Shown: positions 37,036 through 50,140, counted from the first letter of the stretch. The stretch is 64,000 bases of DNA from Epiperipatus broadwayi (GCA_028023455.1 JAQFVV010000004.1:12214001-12278000); one strand, 5' to 3'. Notes: generated from the sequence alone by a model not told the origin. A program made the numbers and translations.

Positions 37036-38304
37036 GTAAATATTACTTACGTAATCAATGTGCGTTTAATAAATTTATAAATAATAAATGTAAATCTTAC
37101 ATAAATTAAAGTGTTTATATATATTAGTAATAGTTGTTTTAAGTGCATTGCAAATCAAGAAACGTACTGTAAAATACGTTAATGAGTTGTATTGTTTTCA
37201 ACTTCAATATATATTTAAATTAGCAGAAAAGGGATAAAATAATTTGTCTCTTGATAATTTAGGTGAGGAAAAATCATATAATTAAAAAAATCCCTGAGTT
37301 TAAAAAGGTGTCCCCTCCATTTCCTCCTCATCCTGAAAAAAAAAAAAAGAACCTTGGAAAAATCACTCAAAAAAAAGAGGAAAAAATCCCAATTCTTGAG
37401 AAAAAAATTAAAAAACAAAATATCTGAAATCAAATTGCATACTTAAAAATTAAAAGCTAATAAGTATCAAATATCTAAATATTTATTTGCTTATTTAAAT
37501 TTTATTATTCTTTTTAAATAATCAGCAATAAAATGAGTTTCCCCATCAATTGTTATATTCTGGATGCAAACATTATAGTTCTTTTTCTGCTTCATAGTAG
37601 TGTTATGATATTCGAGTTTTAAATTTCTGTTAAAATTAACTGGAAGTTTCAAAAGTGGCAGACATAATCACCCTGCATGTAAATACTGAATAATCTGCAC
37701 ATTAGTATTCCAAGTAAGAGTTCATTTCTAAGCTGCGAAAGATTCACTTGTTCATTTTGGTGTTGCTTATGGAATTATCACAAATCTTCGAAGTGCCACT
37801 GTTCAAAAGAATAAATTTCTTTCTTATTTTTCGAACATAAAAATTAAAATATATTGTTATTTATGTCGACAAAAAATTGAGATAGTTAACATAATAAGAG
37901 ATAAATAACATAACACTGATTATCTGTTAGCATGGCAATACGTGTTTGTTATAACAAACTTCAAATATAATAAATACTGCCTTCATTGTAGACAAAAAAA
38001 AAAATCATTTACATCTTTTTTACAACAATTTAAGTTAAATTGTTGTTGTTGTCATTTTAATAGAAAATTAATTATTAAATATCAATAAACAGTATATATG
38101 AGATGGAATGTAGAAAACAAAATATAGTCATCCAATAAGATTATAAGGTCATATCAAATAAAACAAGTAGTTTTGTATTAGATCTGCTGTCCAGATAGCG
38201 ATAGCAGAGTACCATAGTTGTGACTTTTTAATACAGTATTCTGCCCTTGCAAACATACACACACACCCCATTGGAGACAGGTATGGCATTTTGCTGTCAC
38301 AAAC

Positions 38305-38324
38305 ATGGGCAGCAGGTCTAATAC
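38305..38324 (+). CDS. Candidate first coding exon MGSRSNT of an unidentified host gene
   Basis: CAAAC-ATG-G start context, AC|GTAAGT donor, in a CpG-retaining zone (36.9-38.3 kb). No downstream exon was confirmed. Confidence 0.3.
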
Positions 38325-38678
38325 GTAAGTACCATGTATACTAACTTTTATTCTAATTTCAAGAGTATAGCATTTCTTTCAAAATAAACAAAGACAATAT
38401 GTATGCTTATATAAATAAAAACATATATGAAATTGAAATGGAAGTAATTCTAATTCCCCCACAATCTACATATAAGCTAATAATCACTCATTAACATATG
38501 GAAAAAAATCACACAATACACCTATTCTTTTAGCTCTGTTGACATTGAAGCAAAATTAATTGATATGTTATAATACACATAGAGCATGAGCTCTGTATAT
38601 AGTTTAGTAAATATAAATAATCATAATCTACGTAAAAAAATGAAACAGAAATAAATATAACAATCTGGGTGCAACCAA

Positions 38679-38860
38679 TAAACTTCACATGATCACTATT
38701 TCTTATGCTCGCACTTAACTGTTATTAAAACAGGCAAATTCTGGGGATATTGGATGAGTAGGCAATAGATAAGGATTTTCTGCACAAGTCTTCTGGCATC
38801 CATTGATTACTCTGGCTTGCACTTAGTGGCAATACATATAGAGAGTTTTGCCTATTTTAA
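38679..38860 (+). mobile_element. Family C copy with most of one arm deleted
   Basis: Head + ttaaaacaggcaaattct + core ggatgagtagg...ccattgattactctgg + agagttttgcctattttaa. Confidence 0.75.
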
Positions 38861-39243
38861 TCTGTGTGCAATGTATAAACTAATAATTACCCGTCAGCAA
38901 ATGAAAAGAACAGAATGATACACATCTATTCCTCATGTTATAATATTTCAATAAATGTATGCTTAAATACCAACAGAGTTAAAAGAAAAGGGTTATTGCT
39001 ATATTATTTTCATTTGTTGTTTTCTGATTATTAGTTTTCGCACATCTCATGGGGCATTTCAGGAACTTCCATTTCATATATGTCAAGGTATGATTATTTA
39101 TATTTACATATAATAAAACTGATGTTTCATTTCATATTATTACAAATGAGGCTTGTTTAAACACAGAATGTTTAATACTGACGTTAGAATAGTTTATTGT
39201 TTAATGTTTAATAGTAATATCAGAATATACAGAGTTAAACCAC

Positions 39244-39343
39244 TAAACATCACATGATCACCATCTCTTATGCTAGCACATAACTGTTATTACTCTGGTT
39301 GGCACAGGGTGGCACTACTGTATGGAGAGTTTACCTGTTTAAT
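39244..39343 (+). mobile_element. Family C collapsed copy
   Basis: Head joined directly to attactctggttggcacagggtggcac at a short microhomology. Confidence 0.75.
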
Positions 39344-40861
39344 ATATAGAGTTCATATTCTGCAGTAAATATCATCAGACCTAAAAGTGTAGGTGTATAT
39401 TTCTATTGATTTCATTTGTTGATGGTTGATTATTAGTTTAGACACAACTTATGGGGGAGAAGAAGTTACTGCTACTTCTATTGCAATTTCAAATATGTGT
39501 TAATAATTTACTAAATTTAATCACATTTGTATGATGAGTCTATAGTTATTTAATCAAGATATATATATATATATATAATATCAAAGAGTCTGTTTGCGTC
39601 AATTTTGAGTTATTCCTTAGTTTACATACTTTTAACAATTTTGATTTTATTATTAGCAGCAAACTAGGCTATTGTGTTACACAATAATACTACAGTTATC
39701 ATAGTTTAAATCTTGGGTGCTTAAATTAAACATTATGAGACATTAACATTTTAAAAGGCTAAATTATGCTTATAACAATATATTATAAATATAGTTTTAC
39801 ATATAATATAAAACAGCAGTTTCATTGCTTGGTGCTTAAATCATGGAGATTATGCTTAAAAAGGATGAAAAAATATTAAAGTAAATAAAATGAAGAAATA
39901 AAGGGTATGAAACTTGGAATTTAATTGTCATAACTATTTTGTCAACTTACATCAAAGCATACATGAATTGTCTAGTAATTTTGCAAATTCAAACATTAAA
40001 TTAGATCAAGCTATCATTTATGTGACATATAAAGTGTGTGCATGAAAGATATTTTCAGACATAGTAACTTAAAAAAAAAAAACATTTCATTTTTATTCAC
40101 TCAATAATTAATGAAGGAGAAACTAAATATTTTTTTATTAGATCAAACATTAGATAAATTATTTTGAGTATAAACATTAAAAAATGTAATTAAAGGTAAA
40201 CCTTGTAAGCATGCAGAAAATTTGCATTAAAATAAATAAATTTTCTGATGCTTGTTTCTATTTTTAATCTTTAAATAATTAAAAGAAAATATTTTCTAAG
40301 TACAATTCTTAGAAAAGTTTTTGTCATTGGTAAAATTGAGAAAACATGACTAGGTAATACAAAAAGTTAATCACAAGAAAAGCAAACTGGAAAGGAAGTA
40401 AGAAATGTGTTCTCCCTGAACTCAAGAAAAAGCATACCAATTATATATTTTTCTATTTTTGCAAATGAAGAACATAAAATCTTATACTTGCAATTGGCTA
40501 TTAAACGTGATAGAGTAGAAAGAAATTTTGTTTTTCCCAAAAGGATAGAGAAATAATGCTAACTAAATTCTAAATGTCAGTATATAATACAGGATAGCAA
40601 GTAAGATTTTCACCAACAGGATGTTAAATATCAATTCTATTTAAAGGATTTATCTAATAATAAAATATTATAATTATTATAAAATAAAACTAGAAATGAT
40701 TTTAATTTCTCTGGTATCATGAAGCTTCATTATCATTAAAGGAAAAAAAAATTAGTGATAAAATTTCTAGAAAACTAACTACATCTACACACAAGAGATT
40801 AAAAATAACAAGTATGTGTCTTGTTAAAATTCACATTAAAAAACGCTATATAAATTTGAAC

Positions 40862-41470
40862 TGTTCTGTGATATATGCATATTTTGTTTAAAGTTTAATT
40901 AAATCTTGTATTTTACATACAGACAATACATTAAAATTATTATTGATACAAATGTACTCTAGACAATATAAACTAAAAATCTGGATTTGATATTGAGAAA
41001 GGTCATGAAAATAAGTCTACTACGTATTCTGAACTGCATAAATATAACCAGAAATGTACTAGCATTACAGAGTTTAATAGAACTGAATGGGCAACAATTG
41101 TGCAACCTCATAAGAAGAAAAAAATCCAATGTGTGTACTAATCATCATTGTATGGAAATAAAATCGTTTAAAGGTCATTATAAAACACATGATTAGAACA
41201 TCTGCATGTTAAAACAGAAGTAAATGGAGATACACACAAATAATTGGACTTGTTTAAACTATTGTGCATATGAATAGTATACCATGTGAGCAACTACTAA
41301 TCTTGTTAAAGAAGCTCAAGCAATTTTGCTCATTTTAATTAATCATTTTTTTCACTAACAGCAAGTGAATAAATTTATTTCTATTACTTTTAGTTACTGT
41401 TGTTGTTTATTAATAATTGTAGATAAATATACAGCTGGTAAACATTAATTTTACCTCTCTATATATAACA
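40862..41470 (+). repeat. 5' LTR-like direct repeat
   Basis: TG...CA; ~80% similar to 45539-46080 by eye; no TSD seen. Confidence 0.6.
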
Positions 41471-41614
41471 GAAAGGTGCAGATCAACAATAGAATGATAC
41501 AAGTCAATAGTAGAATGGCGCAAGTCAAAAATTGAATGACTGTAGTCATCAATTTATGAAGTAAAAACCTGTTTTAAGTTATTGTTAATAAAGAATAACA
41601 ATGTTGAAAAGTAG

Positions 41615-41845
41615 TGTTCATTAGACAAGGCAAAATTCTCCATATAGTAGTGCCACCCTGTGCCAACCAGAGCAATCAATGGATGCCAGAAGACTTATGC
41701 ATAAAATCCCTATCTAATGCCTACTCATCCATTGATTACTCTGGTTGGCACAGGGTGGCACTACTGTATGGAGAGTTTTGCCTTGTTTATAAACAATTCT
41801 GTGCTAGTATAAGAGATGGTGATCATGTGATGCTTAATAGTATTC
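41615..41845 (-). mobile_element. Family C copy nested in the Gypsy leader
   Basis: Arms 41615-41685 / 41726-41795; reverse-complement head gagatggtgatcatgtgatg. Confidence 0.8.
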
Positions 41846-44800
41846 ATTAGCTTGATATTAACATGTCGGCAAGGAAAGTTTATGTCATGCACATTGAGTG
41901 TTATATGGTAATAAATAAAATTGATGAAGACAGATTCAAAATAATTGCACTTTCTATTTTTATTTGCTGGCATGGATGTTTCACAAGTTGCAAAACAATT
42001 GTATGACCTGAAAACTCCTGATGACATTCCATATGAAGAAATAAAAGAGAAATTAAATGCATATTTTCAGCCAGAAACTTTGAAATGAGTATCTCATCTG
42101 TGTTTTAGGATGAAAAGGCAATTACCTCATGAGTGTTAAATAGACTATGATACAGCACTTTGTACACTTGTGAAACAATGCCAATTTTCCTCTGAGTTAG
42201 AAGATATGTTGCTGGACCAACTACTGTTTGGAATGCTTGGCCATAGCCTGAGGAACCTTGGCTGAATGCACCAAATCTGAATTATAAGACACTCCTAAGA
42301 AAATGTTTGGTACAGGGAGTAATGTTAGAAGATCCATCAGAATTTCAGACTTCAGTTGAAACACATAATAATTTGATTCATGTAAAGGAAGTGTAAGCTA
42401 TAGCTATGAGGTTGAAAATGGCAAAAAAAATTGATATGTTATTGCTGCAGTGTAAAAGGCCATGTTAAGAAATTTTGTAAACTTAAAATAGAGAAATCTA
42501 ATTTTGAAAAATTAAAGAATATTTAGCTGATGTCAGTGAAACAAAAACTAAAGTTGTGAACTACAGTTAAGTTCAGAATTTAAATTGTGGGGAAGCAGAT
42601 GAGGGGGAAAATCTATTAACAAGATTAATGGACCATATTGTGTCTGATGTTACTGTTTGTGAAAGTAAAATTACAATGGAAATAGACAGCGGTACCAGCC
42701 TTTCTTGGTTGTCATGTTGTCATGCAAAGATTGGATAAAAATAAATGGCAGTAGTAAAAGAAAATACATGCTTTAAAATATGCAGGTAATAACCACAGAT
42801 ATGAATGGCAACAGAATTGACATATGTGGGAAAGATAATATACCTATGAATATTAATGCTAAAGCTATTGTTTTACCATTGCTCATTGTGAAGAGTAATG
42901 TAAATCCTCTATTAGGAAGATTGACTTTGTCCATTGGGAATTCATTTTAAAAATAATTAAGAAAGTTTAGCCAAAAACAATAGTTAAAAAGATGTGTCCC
43001 CATTTATTTAAGACAAGATTAGATAAATTAAAAACATGGTCAGTGGATATTGAAATAGCAATGATGCTCATCCTATAGTATGCAAACCACATAAAGTTTC
43101 ATTGCCTTAAACACTCAAAATTAAATAGAATACCAAAGATATGGTCAATAAAGAAATTTTGTCTCCAGTTGAAGATTCATCATGGAAAACAACAGTAGTT
43201 GTAGCTATGAACTGGGTGGGAGGAATTGATTGTGTGGATATTATTGTGTTACACTTAAAAAATTCATAAAAAAGGGTATCCAATTCCAAGTATATGCAAA
43301 GTTTTACGATCACTTTGGAAGGCAGGGTTCTTCACAAAAATTAATTAATGTGAGTTTTTCATCAAATACCTGTTATGGATAGAACTGCTGAATTGTTAAT
43401 GATCAGTACTCATCTAGGATTTTATAAGTGCAAAAAGTTGTCTTACAAGATTATAGTTGCTCCAAACATGTTTCAAGCAAAAAGGAATAGGTTATTTCAA
43501 GGCATGGAAATGACATTTTTATAACTGCTCAAACAGAAAGTGAATTGGAAACATGCATGTTCCCTGTTTGTTCAAGACTGGACAATGTTAGAACTAAAAT
43601 TATTTCTCCTATATGTATATGGGCTATGTGTGAAATTAAATTCTGGGCCATGTTATAAACCAGAAAGGAAAATACCCTAACCCAGAAAAAGTTAGAACTA
43701 TCAAAAATGCTCCAAAGCCTAGGAATAAAAGATTTGCATGCTTCTCTAGGATTGCTCAACTTTTTGAGAGTTTCCTGAAAGGGAAGACACATAGCCTTAC
43801 ACCATTGTATGAGCTACTATATAAATGACAGCACTGGAAATGGACTAAAAAGCATGATTTAGTTTTCCAGAAAGCAAAAGATTTACTATTATCTAAGAAG
43901 TTTCTTGTGTATTATAGCAGTGACCAGGAAGAAATTATTACAATCGATGCTTCAGATTTTGGAGTTGGAGTTGTTATTTAACATCACTGTTATAAAGGAG
44001 AACACCTTACTGCATATGACTTAAGAACTCTAACAGCTATTAAAAATTATAGCCAACTTGACAAAGTCATTGCCCATTACTGGGAATTTTTGGATATGAT
44101 AAAAAAAACTCCTGAACATGCCAGCCAACATTTGATTGAGAAAATTTATTTGTTAGCAACATATGATTACATATTAATTTACATGCCCAGAAAAGAAATT
44201 ACCCATGACCATGTTTTATGTGTTTTCTGGATGCTTTTGAATTCTATTAAAAGTGTATAGAAATAAATTAAATTGATACTTGGAAGAAAAAATTGTAAAT
44301 AACTCCAAGATTGAAAAGGTGACTAATAACGATCCTGAATATAAAAGCTTGAGAAATTAGATTCGATTTGGATGGCCTAAAAGTTGACCAAATTATGCTG
44401 TAAAACCTATCTGGTGTGCTCATGAAAGCCTATCTATGTACAATAGCTGTATTCTAATGATGTATTGAGCATTCATACCATCAGAAGCTCAGAGGTAAGT
44501 ACTCAGTTAACTACATGAAGGACATACAGGCTTACCTTAGCTCGTTCAAATGTCTGGTGCCCTAATTTGAATCAGGACATGGAACAAATGGTTAAGAACT
44601 GTGTTGAATGCCAGTCTACTGCTGATTTGCTTCCAAAGACTTTTGATTCATGAGCATAAGCAATGTCACTATGGCAATGCTTATATTTAGATCATGTGGA
44701 TCCAATGAACAGATATATCTTCTTAGATACAATTGATTCTTACTCAAAATAAGTAGAAACATGAGCAACGAATGTATTCATGACCTAAAGTAAATCCTTG

Positions 44801-45538
44801 CAGGCCAAGGTTTTCTGGAAACAATAGTATCAGAGAATGGGACAGGATATACATTGCAAGAGTTCTAAAAGTTTTCATCAAATAAAGGAATAAAACTTGT
44901 ACTGACCACCACTTATCATCCAGAATCAAATGGTTTAGCTGAAAAGACAGTGTAACATTTGAAAGCAATACTGAATGAAACATCTCACAAAGACATATTT
45001 TATCAATATTTCACCCCTAATGTGAACACCAGTTGAACTGTTGCTGTGTCGCACACATTTTAATGAAGATTTTACTGGATAATAATTATTGTGGATAATA
45101 ATTTTGATGTTGAAAAGTTTAAAATAAACAAACTAGTGTAGAGTCATGATATTTTAAAAAGGAAATGGTTTACTACAAGCGATTGAAGTTCTCTCTAAGT
45201 ATATTCAAGTAATTAAACTGAGTAATGGAAAAATTGTGAAGAGACACATCAATCATTTATGATCTTGGCAGAGTGAAACAATAGATGTGGATAATGCCCA
45301 AATTACATTACCCAATGAAATGCAAGAGGAGCATACTATCGTCTCCTTGTAAATACAAAATAAGGTATATCCATAGCTAATCAAACTGACCAACCATATC
45401 TAGTGAGAATAAATATATAACTAGATCCAGTAGATGTAATGGATAATCAAGGAAAAAAAATGACCACCACAGTTTGATGACAACCAACAAGATTGTAAGA
45501 TTATTTTTTGTAAAAGCTGTTTTCTAGAAGGAATCAAC

Positions 45539-46080
45539 TGATCTGTGTGTATATATGTATATTTAATACAAATAAAATTTAATTAAAGCATGTTTTTTAC
45601 ATACAAACAATACATTAAAAATATTATTGATACAAATGAACTCTAGAAAATTAATATAAAGCTGAAAATCTGAATTTGATATTGAGCAAGGTCAGTATGT
45701 AAATAGGCCTTGCTACATTTTCTGAATTGCATAAATATAACCAGATATGTACTAGCATTGCATAGTTTAATATAACCAAGTGACTAGCAATTGTGCAATC
45801 TCATAAAAAGAAAAAATGCAATGTCTGTGTTAATCATTGCAAGGAAATAAAATGATTTAAAGACTGTTATTAGGCACATGATTAAAATTATCTATTTTAA
45901 AATAGAAATAAATTGAGATGCACACAAATAATTTGATTTCTCTAAACCATTGTGTGTATGAACAGTTTATCATTTGGTCAACTATTAATCTTGCTTAAAA
46001 AAGTTCAAGTAATTTTACTCATTTTAATTTATCATTGCATATACATCTGGTAAACATTAATTTTACCCCTGTATATAGCA
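45539..46080 (+). repeat. 3' LTR-like direct repeat
   Basis: TG...CA, colinear with 40862-41470. Confidence 0.6.
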
Positions 46081-47815
46081 AAATTCTATCTTGGAAATGC
46101 TCTCAAGAAATCAATGTCAAAAAATATTGGCTAAAGTAAATTTATGTTTTTATAGGTATTAATTTTACATGTACACAACTATTATATATATTTATGGATA
46201 TTTTATATTTTTATGTAAAATTTTTATTTACATAGCTTTACAAACATGCTCAAGTACACTTAATCTAAAAAATGTATTAAATTTTTTTAAAACTATTTTT
46301 GAAGGTTACTTTAAAAAAAAAAGGGGGGGGGGGTAAATTTGCTTGAATGACCAGTTTTCAGTATGTAAAAAAAACATTTATATATATATAATTGAAATTA
46401 TAAATTAAAATGCACTGATATTTACTATCTAGAAATTTATTTAATAATGATTTAAAATGTAGAAAATTTATAGATGCAAAAAATGTGTGTGCGAATCTTG
46501 TGCTGAATATTATGAATTTAAGTAAGCATTATTTAAGTTAAGATTGGTGAATTAATCTGCTTTTGATTATAATGGAGAGTGAAAGATTATTCCTTGTTGT
46601 ATGTACAATTGTATTTTCCCATATTATATAAAAGCAAGTAGAACATCTATATAAATGTTAAAGTAGGTATTCATTTTGAGACAAGATTAATAATTAGAGA
46701 ATATTACTACAAAATTTATAAGAATAAAATGATATTAAATTTAAGAAATAATGAGTTAAAAACATTAAATAATTACTGCAAATATTTATTATTTGTATAT
46801 GAACTCTATGCCATTTCCCTATTGGTATATATAAAATTCATGTGAATATTTGTCCATAAGCTGTCACATGTCAAATTCATAATTGAAAAATAATAATAAA
46901 AAACTTTAAATTTGCTTTATAAATAAATAACTATATCTAACTAAACTGTAATTTATATTACAAGCATTTTATGCAAATGAAGTAATTCCATCATATTTTA
47001 TAGTTAATAATCTGTAATTTTTATTATGAAGCATATTTTATGCAAAGGAAGTAATTCTGCCATTAACAAACTGTAATCTTATGCAGTTGTTCATAACATT
47101 GTCAAATTCATGTATCAAATATAGTGGGTATATTTAAAATTTTAAATTTTAATTTAACTTTATTCATACCTTGCCAATACATTTCTGAAGTGTACCAAAC
47201 AGGCCAGGTTGTTCCAAACATTTTTTTTTTTTTCAATTATGAATTTCTCACATTTATTTATATAATATTAAAATCTTTTGTTTAATTTACATTAAATCTT
47301 AAAAAAAATGTTAAAATAACTAATTAAACATAACTATTCCAAAAACGATGGCCTTTCAGATTGACTACATTTCTCACATTCATTCACATAATATTAAAAT
47401 ATTTTGTTTAATTTACATTAAATCTTAAAAAAAAATTGTTAAAACAATTGACTTAAAAAAACACAATCTTTCCATATACCAGGTACAGTCCGATATTTAA
47501 TATAAAAGTTTATCAATTTATATAAGTCAAATGATATAATATTATATTGAGTTAATAACAGGTCTTAAAATAAATTTTGGTTTGATATATATATATATTA
47601 TAAGATATTTTGAAATTATGCCAGATAAAATATGCAAAATAATATATAAAGTAGTAATAGCTATGTATTGCAGAAGTTTGAAGTTAGGTAATTAAATCAA
47701 TCTTTTTTCAGGTATAAAATATCCATTCAAGGATAAAAGATTAGATACAAAAGGTGCTAACATATTAGATGATTTACAAATGATTTCCTAAAGTTTTGTG
47801 ATGATCTTATTTTAG

Positions 47816-48275
47816 TTGTATTTATATTTTGGACTATTTCCATAATCTAATATTAAGTATTGAATATCTTTAGAAAAATTAAACTTTTATTTAAATTTTT
47901 CAATTACATTCAACTATTAATAATAGCACACAAGAAAATATATGCACAATGTTTTGAGAAGTATTATTCTCATCTCTTTTTCAGGTATTGCTAGCCTAAC
48001 AGATGGCTCAGTTAGTTAGAGTGTTACCTTAAAATTCAATATTCAAGAATCTAAGGGTCCAGCTTCAATTCACATTCTCGTACTATCACTGGTCAGGCCA
48101 GCAATACCCAAAGAAGAGAAGAGAATAATGTCTCAAAACATTGTGCATACACTAAACTGTGTGCTATTGCTAATGGTTGAATGTAATTGGAAAATTTAAA
48201 TAAAAGTTTAATTTTTCTAAAGAAATTCAATAGAAAATATTAGATGATGGAAATAATCCAATATATAAATACAAT
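47816..48275 (+). mobile_element. tRNA-derived SINE (head 48002-48094 plus body) with an upstream inverted copy of its 3' body
   Basis: A-box TGGCTCAGTTAGTTAGAG, B-box-like GCTTCAATTC; arms 47816-47997 / 48095-48275 about 85% identical; the head is related to the 32.2-kb SINEs. Confidence 0.7.
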
Positions 48276-49020
48276 TTACAATTGATGTATAGATAAACCA
48301 TTTTGGATTTAACCATTAATGCAGTGTAACTACTATGGTAGACAAATATTAAATTACAATAAAATATTACAAAAAGGTGTGAATTTCCCTTACTTCCCTA
48401 AAGATTTAGAATCAAATTATTTAATGAGATTGAGTTTAATACAGTTCAGCCCAGAATATAGTAAAAAGTAATAAATAAGAATATTAAGTATCATATTTTG
48501 TCATGCACACGCATTTCTCATGGAATAGTTTTAAGTCTTATAAATGAATTGATAATAATATATTTGATGACTTGCAATAGATTAAAATAAAAGGGGAAAT
48601 AAAAGACCATTAGTAAAAGGAAGAGATGGATAAGATTCCAATCATCATAAATCAAGTTATTTTGTTAAAGTGTAACTCTTAAAGAATGAGAATATTCATA
48701 AATAGAATTTTTAATGTTAACATATTAATAAATCATGTATTCTTTTAAAAATTTTTTTTATAGTTTTATTAGAGGGAATAGAGAAAGAAAAATGAACAGC
48801 CATATATAAACCAAGGAACTAGTTGTATAACAGAAAATATATGGTATATATGGTATGCGCACATCTAGATAATTTTCTTTAGAATTATTTGGATGTACTA
48901 ATGTAAGAAAAATCATTTGTAAAGTCCTCTCATTTCGTGATATAAATTTTGTGATAATAATTAGTTTATGACAACTAAGAGCCAGATATCTGAAGGAGTT
49001 TATTATTTGCATTACTTATC

Positions 49021-49190
49021 TTACGATAGAATGACAGCCTGTTAAGCTAATTGCGCAGACGCTGTGAGAATGTTATTAATAAATGAATATACAAATACTA
49101 TATCATGTGGTTGTTCGAAGGTATTCATTTATTAATAACATTCTCACAGCGTCTGCACAATTAGCTTAACAGGCTGTCATTCTATCGTAA
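49021..49190. repeat. Hairpin, 69-bp arms, 1 mismatch, 32-nt loop (family B)
   Basis: 49021-49089 / 49122-49190. Confidence 0.95.
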
Positions 49191-50050
49191 TTATAATCGC
49201 ATGCAAGACGTTATAAAATAAATGTTTATTACTTATCTTAGTGGAAAGACAAATTTCAGTGAGAATAGAATTAATGCCCATTAAAATGTGTATTTATATG
49301 ATATCAAGAAGATCTGTTTTTTGTCTGTTTTTAAAATATTCCTAAATTTACATACTTTTAATTATTTTGACTACATTATCAGCACCAGACTATGCTAATA
49401 TGTTAAATGCAATAGTTATAATAATTTAAATCTTGGGTGCTTAAATTGACAATTATAAATTATTAATTATAAAAGGCTAAATTAACCAAATCTGCTCTTT
49501 TATGATATTATAATATATTACAAATATAGTTCTATACACTATAAAATCTTAAAACTATTAAAATGTCATAAATATTTTTTGCTTATACAGCAATCTTCTT
49601 ATCAAGTAACAATGTATTCTATTCATGAACAATACATTTTTGAACAAAATATCGAAACTTTTCCATCATATTTATTTAAGAATTTTACAGAACAGAAATT
49701 CAATGTTTGAACAACATATAGTTAAAAAAGCAAAAATTCCAATTTCTTTACACATGAACCGCATCTTTAAAACAGCATTTTGAACTTCACCTTTTCTTCA
49801 CTCTTTCAAGCAAATGACAGAAAACTCACACACCCTGCTGAATTCTGAATAGTGAATTTAAAATGATAATGTTTCTAAAATTCTTACTTTTGTAATATAA
49901 GTCATACTCTTATACAGTTGAAAATTAATATTATTAAAAATAGAACCCCCCCTCCCCAGATTACTATTAAACACAGTTTTTACGCATCTTGACTTTATAA
50001 CTTTAAAACAAAAAAAAACAAATCTAAATGTTAATAATTTAAATGTTAAT

Positions 50051-50140
50051 CTTCTACATGTGTGTGGCATGTGTATCAGTTGTATGAGATAGAGTGGATA
50101 GTTGACGGGCGCTGGAAAATCTGAGTTCAAATCCTCTATA
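50051..50140 (+). mobile_element. Element A 3' fragment
   Basis: gtatcagttgtatgagatagagtggatagttg...gagttcaaatcc. Confidence 0.8.

Larger units (their letters stand above)
40862..46080 (+). mobile_element. Ty3/Gypsy LTR retrotransposon, degenerate
   Basis: gag LKTPDDIPYEEIKEKLNAYFQP; protease EIDSGTS; RT THLGFYK..APNMFQ; RNase H IDASDFGVG; integrase HEGHTG, WCPNLNQDMEQMVKNCVECQ, YHPESNGLAEK; order PR-RT-RH-IN. Confidence 0.9.

Noticed and set aside
39345-39385. Minus-strand CTGATGA-TATT/AATA-TGAAC
   Set aside because: GAAC instead of GAAA, an AT-only stem and no helix I.
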